DNA of 63,121 bases, the filler included, from Nemertoderma westbladi (lineage: Eukaryota > Animalia > Xenacoelomorpha): NCBI GenBank assembly GCA_032718475.1. It is 4 parts of 4 records of this genome, joined end to end, with 100 filler letters (N's around TTAATTAATTAA, not from the genome) between each part and the next. Parts side by side here need not be neighbours in the genome. Positions count along the whole stretch, not along the records: positions 1 to 30,905 come from JAUCBJ010005232.1; 3 more parts are not named here. One strand, 5' to 3'. Below are positions 12,901 to 21,212 of the stretch, piece after piece (position 1 is the first letter of the stretch; each line of letters starts with the position of its first letter). The notes below the pieces were generated by a model. It searched no databases, was not told the origin of the DNA, and saw nothing but the letters and a program-made list of their open reading frames with translations. A program made the position numbers and the translations under genes.

Positions 12901-13878
12901 ATCACCCTACTGATCGGACTTGATACACCGGAATTACACATACCTACCGGAGATGTCGCCCGATCCATAAAGAAAGATGACGGCTTTTACGCTGAACGAA
13001 CCATAATGGGATGGACCCTCTGCGGCATCAAGGAAGAAACTACTGACACCTATACATATCTTCCTAAATGTCAGATTAAAGAAAATGTAACATCCGTGGG
13101 ATATTGCTCAGCTACAGACCTCGATGAGGATTTATTTCTCGAAACCGAGAGAACCCAGCGGGAGATGACCGGATGCTTTAATGTGGAGACCCGAGAGTTT
13201 GCCGAGAAGGACGAGAATCCGTCCGAGGAAGATCAATATTGTACCAACATTTTTGATCAGGCCACGTTCAAAGACGGACATTGGCGCGTGCCCATGCTTT
13301 GGTGGCTAATAAGGTTGTTGATGATAATAATGATGTTGATAACATTGACACCATTAATGAGAGAGCACGGACTAATCTGCCGTAATACCCGGATGGCGAA
13401 CGCCTCAGTTGAGCCCCTCACTCCTAACCACTTACTGGGGAGACCCAAAACCCACGTTCTCCCGGAAACCATGTTTCCGGATCCCAACGAGATCACGAAA
13501 CATACAAACTGGAAAAAGGCCCAAGCGTTGGCAGCGCATTGGTGGAGAATCTGGGCCCAGGAGTACCTCATAACCCTCCGGACCAGGAGGAAATGGAACA
13601 ACACCTACCGGAACGTCGCAGTTGGCGACATGGTACTAGTTAAAGAAGATCTCAAAGACCGCGTTCACTGGCCTGTGGCGCGGGTCGTGACCATACACCC
13701 AAGCAAAGACGGACTTGCGAGGACTGTGACAATACGAACGGCAAAGGGCCACTACCAACGCCCTATCCAGAGGCTGTGCCTTCTTGAAGGCAATGATAGC
13801 GGTGACTCTACGAGAGGTGATAAGATCCCTACTCAAGATCCTGCTGTGGACATTGGTGACAATTACAAACCCGTGTAA
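9898..13878 (+). CDS. BEL/Pao Gag-protease polyprotein fused to the integrase C-terminal domain; RT, RNase H and IN core absent
   Basis: Coiled-coil EAEQ/REAE repeats; BEL gag core (FEGDPVDYLRF...KLVYLSQYL); three Zn knuckles (CLFCGEKHKVEFC, CFRCLGTGHYVREC, CAVCNDQRHHTLLH); protease AFLDNGS; then PLTPNHLLG...WWRIWAQEYL...VGDMVLVKED...SKDGLARTV...RPIQRLCLL. No YVDD/YxDD RT motif. Confidence 0.93.
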   Translation: MTTNNVSDTDEMDHHTDSEADEVPNVKNMTRRLGALKGRVTRAYQRMEKQLKGAKTPLNEVQTQLQSIRNILQRYERMIQAYQELVPPTDQENYPKLEEHVVHLDGFRKQHRRTLSLVRGYEEQYYKRAERTDAESVRSSSIRTAVHRKRTGSVRNQHSSARSEISGSARSSQGAPPLRDQLRERKALALKARMEDEYIQLQAEQDVLAAETQKREAEQAAERQAEQREQEAEQHRREAERQAEQREQEAEQHRREAERQDEQHKREAEQRRWEDERQAEQRKQEAEQRGREAEREIEQRKWEAEMRKQHAEAQAILIHKKNADIAKLAEYEAALIERDIQLYEDWERDIDQEYEPIPVPELEKSFTPTAAKPPKPEIPPTKQSTLSAQAPVFHPPPATLKNEEPYFPSNTTTASVPKYEPEKDSERDATPRSNNPFTSTPQTRCRVIIKTPPIIDPSSMGVSANNYNPPSHSSSDDVSIIQALENRLAMPKMEIRTFEGDPVDYLRFKKRFFAQIGSTDIADAQKLVYLSQYLGDKPRRIVACFEGGSHEAYYDAWKTLDKRYGNTGTIINKTLERLIQDAGSLGDPQNIQEFSDSMKDAYYTLKPLNKEDQVNNILNLRQIAKKFPGWLQSKWAYKCVDLRCRHPDRDPSFLEMSAFLDDISEAMNDSMFSKQSLAKLDGIESNSRSKITPPKPRFRPPPVSTMAITMAEDSDDEDYEEPTSAEEWACYLASWAPEREGITNSLLCLFCGEKHKVEFCRKFQFAELVPRFEAIMKHRGCFRCLGTGHYVRECDQRSCCAVCNDQRHHTLLHIPANFDFTTLPFRIEARRRGETNHIFKGTRTTQRRETNPFKISTDTPQVTNISATINLINRRYMVFAKVIPVRIQGVGKSLTTLAFLDNGSDGTIIDRDFLEQLGLEYEPCKRPIQTITDNREVESGEVQLQMEGVMKGYETAKSTIKNALVHTDLRVRFRQSAEYAPLIQLDRDDVDLRCPQLDVNRITLLIGLDTPELHIPTGDVARSIKKDDGFYAERTIMGWTLCGIKEETTDTYTYLPKCQIKENVTSVGYCSATDLDEDLFLETERTQREMTGCFNVETREFAEKDENPSEEDQYCTNIFDQATFKDGHWRVPMLWWLIRLLMIIMMLITLTPLMREHGLICRNTRMANASVEPLTPNHLLGRPKTHVLPETMFPDPNEITKHTNWKKAQALAAHWWRIWAQEYLITLRTRRKWNNTYRNVAVGDMVLVKEDLKDRVHWPVARVVTIHPSKDGLARTVTIRTAKGHYQRPIQRLCLLEGNDSGDSTRGDKIPTQDPAVDIGDNYKPV

Positions 13879-14149
13879 CCCTTCTCATCATGTTGACAAA
13901 CTCTTTTAAACTGTGATTTACTGACAATGAGTTATGGACCCCCCTTAAACCAACTGTAACCACGCAATGGTATTTGTGTTTCCTCGTGTGTTATGTGGAG
14001 TCCAGCGTCACCCTGCAGATGTTTCGGCTGACGCAGGGTCGTTTATGTTTTGTTTACCCTGATTTTGGTCATCAGGACCTACGATATTGGATTATTGGAA
14101 ATGGAAAAGATTTGAAGTGGAATTCATTGTATTCATTGCAGTATGTTAT

Positions 14150-14580
14150 GTTGTCCGTTGCGTGCGCAGTTCGGGGGGTAGGCGGTGTAACGAGTCCAGC
14201 TGTAGATCCCGGATTGCCGCGCAACACCCCCTCTATCCCGTTATTCTGGTGGGTCCATGGTGCATCCACATGACTTCGACGATAGAGGGTTTTATGTTTC
14301 TCAGTCGCGTTATTCTGGTGGGACCATTACGTGGATTTTGGGGCGTAGGCGGTGTAACGAGTCCAGCTGTAGATCCCAGAATGTTGCGTAACCCCATCCC
14401 ACATGACTTCGTCGACTGAGCTTTATGTTGTTGGGAGTGTTATTCTGGTGGGTCCCTGGTGCATCCACGTGACTTCACTCCCAGCGTCTTCATTGTCCGT
14501 TACGTGCGCAGTTTGGGGCGTAGGCGGTGTAACGAGTCCAGCTGTAGATCCCAGATTGCCGCGTAACACCCCTTCCACGA
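14150..14580 (+). repeat. Three copies of a conserved module in the inter-ORF region
   Basis: gtaggcggtgtaacgagtccagctgtagatccc at about 14178, 14345 and 14520; gttattctggtggg at about 14240, 14309 and 14439. Confidence 0.85.
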
Positions 14581-15125
14581 CAAAGATTAACCAAAGAAAA
14601 TGATTGAATATAGTTGGAAATGATGAAAAGGATCAGACAACTCTGCTATAAACCTGAATGATGACGCGTATAATGATGAAAATGAAATGATGCGCACCCT
14701 GGTGCTGCGCTTATAACCAATGATGATAGCCGGGGGGCTATAAACCCAATGATGATGTGGAAATAAATAAATGTGAAATAAAGGGTGGAAATAAATGTGT
14801 TGAAATATATGTGGAAATAAATGAAATGAGATGAAATAATAATGAAATGAAAAAAGACAAAAAAAAGGTATAAAAAAGTCTAAAGAAAAGAATTAGAAAA
14901 AAGAAAAGGACAAAAAAGTCATAAAAAACTGGTTGGATATTAATGTATAGCTATAGTAACTGTAAATGCTGAATGTATTAGCAATAAGATGATAGATGTC
15001 TATATAGCAATGTTATTAACAAACTGAATTAAATAAAAAACTGAATTATTCTGCTATCGCTATAGTTTCAGACTTTCTGGACTTATAATTAACTGAACTA
15101 ATTTGTAACGGATATAATCGTAAAT

Positions 15126-17726
15126 ATGGACCCAAATCGCCAAATTATCGGCGAATTACGTAACATGACAGATCTACTGGAATATTCGCAACCCGGATCC
15201 CCTGACTTCGATACAAATTGGAGCACCCTGCTAAATGAGAACGTGCGAGTCATTAAATTCACCGGGCGAGAGGGACCGGATTCTAAGAATCTACGAGCCC
15301 TCCGGTTAGCCGATGCTAGTACGAGACTGAAAAGAACTCGTAACGCAAAGGCAACCGGAGGGGACGATTCGTCATTTTGGGAAACGTTCCGGCAGAGCAT
15401 CTACAGATCCCGATGTTTGATCTACGACAACGAGGGAAACGCGACGCCCACCTCGAAAGCGATTACGTTGGCGAGATGTCAAAGTTTTGTCGACGACAAG
15501 AGTACGTACCTCGTCCACTGGGGAAACCTGTCGGAGTGTACGGCGACGCTTCGAGAGGAACGCGTATCGATTATCCAAAACCGCGACGACTACCAGGAAA
15601 AGTACGGGGCGAAAGAATACGGTCGATCCTTAGTCGTCATCCTCGGAACCCTGGACGGTTTGGTACTGGTGTGCCGAATATTCCCGACACCCAGACAGGA
15701 AGTGCAGGCAGCCGGAGCGATCTGGTTGCTGCCTCCGGAAATCCAAAAGATCCTCTTCGACTTCGACGTCATTAAAATCGGGTCGGATATCAAGGCGGAC
15801 GTCCAGAACGACTACGCGAACGCTCCTGCAGGAAGAAACCGACGAGACGACCTCAACGCCCTTAGCCATTGCATCGACACTCAAACGCTACTAGCCTGGT
15901 TACGATTCGCCGAGTTCATGCGAGGATTTCAAGAGGTGAGACCGACGAAATCAGGGATCGGCTACCTCGCTGTGCTAAACGGCGGTATCGACTTCAAACC
16001 CCAGAAATTCCGGGACTATAATAAAATATACGGTGGATACCCGGGATTAGAAATAAAGAGCGAGCGAGAGGGTCGATGGAAGGACGTTGATCGGAAGTGG
16101 ACGATACACCAAAGGTGGGAGAATCCCGATCGACGGAACTACGTTTACGTCGTTATGGAATGCTACACCGTCGCTAAGTTTATCTGTAGAACTCTCGATA
16201 ACCTTATTACGGCGGTCCCCCTTTCCTTCGTCGACTACGACTGGAACGAGGTCATACACCACGCGTTCAAAGCGGTCGAGAACATTACACCGGGAGAATC
16301 GAAAACGCCCGCCATTATCGATTCCTGGGACGAGAGCGGACCTAACGACATCCCTACGATTACCGAACTTCTCGGTGCGGAGGAGCCTCTGATCTCTTCG
16401 GAAGGGGAAGAGATATGGCTAAACGAGGGTGTTCTACTCTCCACCCCGAAGCGACAAATCGAGCCGGAGGCCGCGTACGGACCGGTCGCCAAACGGGTTG
16501 CCTCGGCCGAACCGATGAAGAGAGCAGGCGTTTACACCCCACGCGGCTCCGGTAGCCCCGCGAGGGAGGTAGCCACTACAGCTGCATTGAGCGACTTCGG
16601 CGACATATGCCAACGGTTATCCCCGTATCCTTTCCCGGGTGGCGAAGATTGGTCGTCGGAGATCCCGAGTACCAGCCACCAACGGACCCGCTCAGCGATA
16701 CTGGTCGAGGAGGGCCCCAGCGATGCGCCGACCCCCGACGATCTCCTCGGTATCCCTCCGTCTAAAACCCCGGCACCTCTTCGCCGACCAGCGGTGGCCA
16801 CTACACCCGCCGTTCCTCAGGACCCTATGCGACTAACCCGTTGGTACGCCGAGCAAACTGAATGGATCCACCGCCAGAAACGGTCATCCGAGTTAAGACC
16901 AGCGGGACACAAAGAAGGTTATCGGAGCGAGAACCTACTACGCAAAAGCCTAGCATTCCGCGGGCTACCGACCACTGAGAATATTCCGAAGAGCGACCGA
17001 CGACTCGAATACTACATCGGCGTCCCGATTCCGATATTTCCTGGTCGAGAGATGCAGTTGGAGCTATGCGGCGACTGTGGTTCGGAGCAGTGCCCACGCG
17101 GCAGAAGGAATCGGGTTACCGATTCATGCCTCCAGCTCCTCGGGATACTCTATTGCCCATACTGCGCGACATCGGGCCACGACGTTTCCGTCTGCCCGAT
17201 CCTTTATAACCTCTGCACCACGTGCGGTTTCCGTGGACATTCCTCTAGCCCCCGCTGCTATATCAAATCTCCAACCAAAGACGTTACTGCTATGGGAAAT
17301 ATGGTCATGTTTGAAACATACGCAAACAGCCACTTAAAGACCAAGGTTCGGAGAAACGCTCGGAATATCGCGCAGGAGATGGCGTGCGGATATTTCTCCT
17401 TCCCGGAACGCCTCCACACGTCGGCCACGCTACCTTTCCATTACGTGGATCTGCTACTGAGCGCCGGATTATTCGGTCCATTTGAAGTCATTAGGCGATT
17501 ATACTCGTATAAAGAGGAGTTCGGTGACGGAGAGTGGTTCCTAGAGGCACGCAAGTCTGAGTTGGAAAGACGAACCGACATGATCCCTATGCCTTCGAAA
17601 GGAAGAGCCGCCAGGAGACAAGCCGAAGCGTTACTCACGATGGATGTGGACGCTCCTCTACCAGCCATAGCGATCGATGAGAGTCGACGGGCGAAGAGAC
17701 GAAAGGCGTATCAGAGAAAGAAATAG
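15126..17726 (+). CDS. 866-aa accessory ORF of the LTR element: WRN/EXD-like 3'-5' exonuclease-fold region, disordered linker and CCHC zinc knuckles
   Basis: Intact ORF. LVVILGTLDGLVLVCRIF...LPPEIQKILFDFDVIKIGSDIKAD...CIDTQTL...GIGYLA...W...YVVME follows the DEDDy exonuclease motif order. CPYCATSGHDVSVC and CTTCGFRGHSSSPRC knuckles. No signal peptide or TM anchor. Candidate splice acceptor tttcag at 15066-15071. Confidence 0.75.
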   Translation: MDPNRQIIGELRNMTDLLEYSQPGSPDFDTNWSTLLNENVRVIKFTGREGPDSKNLRALRLADASTRLKRTRNAKATGGDDSSFWETFRQSIYRSRCLIYDNEGNATPTSKAITLARCQSFVDDKSTYLVHWGNLSECTATLREERVSIIQNRDDYQEKYGAKEYGRSLVVILGTLDGLVLVCRIFPTPRQEVQAAGAIWLLPPEIQKILFDFDVIKIGSDIKADVQNDYANAPAGRNRRDDLNALSHCIDTQTLLAWLRFAEFMRGFQEVRPTKSGIGYLAVLNGGIDFKPQKFRDYNKIYGGYPGLEIKSEREGRWKDVDRKWTIHQRWENPDRRNYVYVVMECYTVAKFICRTLDNLITAVPLSFVDYDWNEVIHHAFKAVENITPGESKTPAIIDSWDESGPNDIPTITELLGAEEPLISSEGEEIWLNEGVLLSTPKRQIEPEAAYGPVAKRVASAEPMKRAGVYTPRGSGSPAREVATTAALSDFGDICQRLSPYPFPGGEDWSSEIPSTSHQRTRSAILVEEGPSDAPTPDDLLGIPPSKTPAPLRRPAVATTPAVPQDPMRLTRWYAEQTEWIHRQKRSSELRPAGHKEGYRSENLLRKSLAFRGLPTTENIPKSDRRLEYYIGVPIPIFPGREMQLELCGDCGSEQCPRGRRNRVTDSCLQLLGILYCPYCATSGHDVSVCPILYNLCTTCGFRGHSSSPRCYIKSPTKDVTAMGNMVMFETYANSHLKTKVRRNARNIAQEMACGYFSFPERLHTSATLPFHYVDLLLSAGLFGPFEVIRRLYSYKEEFGDGEWFLEARKSELERRTDMIPMPSKGRAARRQAEALLTMDVDAPLPAIAIDESRRAKRRKAYQRKK

Positions 17727-17882
17727 TGGATCGGGATATTCCAGGAACATTTATCGAACATTTATTTTTATACAAACTCTAGGCCAAATTAATTAAAAAC
17801 TATGCAATATTAAATTTGGGTTTTTTATATTGGGAATGACCTACGCAAACTCAATCGACCGACAGACTTCACGAAGGTCATT

Positions 17883-17890
17883 GGGGGGGA
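17883..17890 (+). other. Polypurine tract
   Basis: GGGGGGGA ending 1 nt before the 3' LTR. Confidence 0.75.
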
Positions 17891-17891
17891 C

Positions 17892-18978
17892 TGTTCGCGG
17901 TATTTCAACTTTCCATAACGCGAGTTGAATATTTTTGTATTTTATTAAAATTGATTATTCCGATATTACTACTGGGTGCGGGACCATGGGTTTTGGGCAC
18001 ATTCAATAAACTGGGGGCGATTTATGGGCGAACTTTGGGGCGACTTACAGGGTACGGGCATAATTTCATAGTTATAAGGGCCAGGGGGGGATGGAAAATG
18101 CAAGCAGTATTCAGGTTAGCCTGAGTACTATTAGGCCCTGGCCAACTTCCTGCTGCCTGTAGGGATGGATTTGGTAATGCGCCAGGCCTAAAGGACAAGG
18201 ACTGCCCTTAGCGGTCCCTGGCCAACAGCAGTTATTACGAGACTGAAAAGAACTCAGAACGCTGACTGCTTGTGTCAGGGATTTGCGACGGGAAACGACG
18301 GCCCCTTAGTAGCCAAGCCGTTCTGGTTCTCGATGATCGAACCCTTCGGGGTTCGTGAGGGGTGGAGCGGACACGCGAACGGGTGGCCAACTAACGACTG
18401 CCCCCTGAGCTAAGCCGTACTGGTTCTCGATGACCGATCCCTTCGGGGTTCGAGAGGGGCGGTACGGATACGCGACAGAGTCTACCGACTGGACCGACCC
18501 TTAGCCAAGCCATGCTGGTTCTCGATGATCGTTCCCTTCGGGGTTCGTGAGGGGTGGAACGGACACGCGACAGGGTCGACCGACACCGACACTACGGCAC
18601 TAAGACTAGGACCGAGGGGAAATCTGGGGAACACTAGGTAGGCTAAAATCTGAGCGAACAGTGGGTAATTAAATAATATACTGTAGGGACTTATATTATC
18701 GTGTATAATTATTGTGAATATTTGGTGTATATTGATTTGGGGAAGCCCAAAATTATTCTTAATCAAGTTTCAATGATGTTGAACAGGTTTCAACTATAGG
18801 AAGTTACATTAAAGAGTATATCCAACTAATGCAGCTTTTTATCAACCGCAAACTTGCATCTCAGAAAACATTCCTTCTCCAAAATCAATATCCGGTGACT
18901 GGCCGGGGCTCAGTGGTCTGTAAAGTCACGTCTCCAGCATCGGCGTTTTTCCCCCCTGGTGTTGGGATAACGGCAACA
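17892..18978 (+). repeat. 3' LTR (1087 bp)
   Basis: Near-identical to 8372-9458 and followed by the TSD CCCTA. Confidence 0.97.
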
Positions 18979-20411
18979 CCCTACCTTCGGGTAGTAGATA
19001 GGAGTAGCGCCAACACCTACCTTCGGGTATAGTAGATAGGAGTAGCGCCCACCCCTACCTTGGATAGCTGATAGGAGTAGCGCCAACCCCTACCTTCGGG
19101 TAGCAGATAGCAGTAGCGCCCACCCCTACATTCGTGTAGCAGATAGGAGTAGCGCCAACCCCTACCTTCGGGTAGTAGATAGCAGTAGCGCCCACCCCTA
19201 CATTCGTGTAGCAGATAGGAGTAGCGCCCACCCCTACATTCGTGTAGCAGATAGGAGTAGCGCCAACCCCTCCTTCGGGTAGTAGATAGGAGTAGCGCCA
19301 ACCCCTACCTTCGGGTATAGTAGATAGGAGTAGCGCCCACCCCTACCTTGGATAGCTGATAGGAGTAGCGCCAACCCCTACCTTCGGGTAGCAGATAGCA
19401 GTAGCGCCCACCCCTACATTCGTGTAGCAGATAGGAGTAGCGCCAACCCCTACCTTCGGGTAGTAGATAGGAGTAGCGCCCACCCCTACCTTCGGGTATA
19501 GTAGATAGGAGTAGCGCCCACCCCTACCTTGGATAGCTGATAGGAGTAGCGCCAACCCCTACCTTCGGGTAGCAGATAGCAGTAGCGCCCACCCCTACAT
19601 TCGTGTAGCAGATAGGAGTAGCGCCAACCCCTACCTTCGGGTAGTAGATAGGAGTAGCGCCCACCCCTACCTTCGGGTATAGTAGATAGGAGTAGCGCCC
19701 ACCCCTACCTTGGATAGCTGATAGGAGTAGCGCCAACCCCTACCTTCGGGTAGCAGATAGCAGTAGCGCCCACCCCTACATTCGTGTAGCAGATAGGAGT
19801 AGCGCCAACCCCTACCTTCGGGTAGTAGATAGGAGTAGCGCCCACCCCTACCTTGGATAGCTGATAGAAGTAGCGCCAACCCCTACCTTCGGGTAGCAGA
19901 TAGCAGTAGCGCCCACCCCTACATTCGTGTAGCAGATATGAGTAGCGCCAACCCCTACCTTCGGGTAGTAGATAGGAGTAGCGCCCACCCCTACATTAGT
20001 GTAGCAGATAGGAGTAGCGCCAACCCCTACCTTCGGGTAGTAGATAGGAGTAGCGCCCACCCCTACCTTGGATAGCTGATAGGAGTAGCGTCAACCCCTA
20101 CCTTCGGGTAGCAGATAGCAGTAGCGCCCACCCCTACATTCGTGTAGCAGATAGGAGTAGCGCCCACCCCTACCTTCGGGTAATAGATAGGAGTAGCGCC
20201 AACCCCTACCTTCGGGTAGTAGATAGCCTACATTCGTGTAGCAGATAGGAATAGCGCCAACCCCTACCTTCGGGTAATAGATAGGAGTAGCGCCAACCCC
20301 TACCTTCGGGTATAGCAGATAGGAGTAGCGCCCACCCCTACCTTCGGGTAACAGATAGGAGTAGCGCCAACCCCTACATTTGGGTAGCAGAGGAGTGTAG
20401 CGCCTACCCCT
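18979..20411. repeat. 36-bp tandem satellite, right arm
   Basis: Resumes in register after the LTR; 181-bp higher-order repeats; degenerates near 20400. Confidence 0.97.
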
Positions 20412-20564
20412 GTTTGCTTGCTATGATAAACATACAGGGAATAACTACACAGTGATGTGTTCATATGCTGGGGATTCTCTATAAATAGAAAACATAGAAT
20501 GTTAACTTGGCTTGCCTTATGTATTATTGCTTAATGAAGGTAATTTGTATTTATTTTTTATTAG

Positions 20565-20677
20565 GAATTATCTTATTAATGGACGAAAACGTAAACCTAA
20601 CAGGTTGTAGTGTTTACTCCTCAGTTATGTCGGACGGAGAACAAGGAAAGTGCAACACAACAGCTATAAAGGGAAAG
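20565..20677 (+). CDS. Internal exon of an unknown extracellular glycoprotein
   Basis: Acceptor tttttattag, (G)IILLMDENVNLTGCSVYSS...GKCNTTAIKGK, donor gtgaga. Joins in phase with the next exon. Confidence 0.6.
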
Positions 20678-21039
20678 GTGAGATCATTAATACCGATAGT
20701 TAGTTAGCTTTTAATATGTTAAAACAATTAGATTTTTTCCCTAAATATTATTAATATCATTGCATGTATATTACATTTCTCTACGAAGAAATTAAAATAA
20801 GGATATAAATGAAACGAGAGGATATTTTTGGTGGAATTTCTTTAATTATATTACTGAATACAAGTAGCTTATCGTAGTAGAACAGGGTTAAATATTAGTT
20901 TATAATATACCTAAATTCATTAAAATTATTCTGATTTATTTATACTACCGGTATTCATTGCAATACCATTCTTTCCGGCTGTACCTATAGTAACTACCTC
21001 CAATGTCTCCATAGTAACTACCTCCAATGTATTCAACAG

Positions 21040-21212
21040 GGACTGTTTTACGAGAATACCAATGAAGAAGATGGCATCGTGATCAAAGGGCCTAGCAATA
21101 CAACCTCAGCGGAAACTGTTTCATTTAACTTGTCTGTGGTCATTGATAATGTTCAAGCAGTTGGATTTAGATTAATAAATAATTACACAGAGATATTCAT
21201 GTTAGATAAAAA
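21040..21212 (+). CDS. Internal exon of the same unknown glycoprotein
   Basis: Acceptor caacag, GLFYENTNEEDGIVIKGPSNTTSAETVSFNLSVVIDNVQAVGFRLINNYTEIFMLDK, donor gtaagt. Sequons NTT, NLS and NYT. Confidence 0.6.

Larger units (their letters stand above)
8372..18978 (+). mobile_element. BEL/Pao LTR retrotransposon, internally deleted (non-autonomous), with an extra ORF
   Basis: TGT...ACA LTR pair, 5-bp target duplication CCCTA (8367-8371 and 18979-18983), purine tract before the 3' LTR, and BEL-type gag, protease and integrase C-terminus. Confidence 0.96.

Noticed and set aside
15126-17726. env gene
   Set aside because: No signal peptide or C-terminal transmembrane helix; it has nucleic-acid-binding knuckles instead.
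5352-20411. CRISPR array (36-bp repeats with a hairpin)
   Set aside because: Units are contiguous with no unique spacers, there are no cas genes, and the context is eukaryotic.
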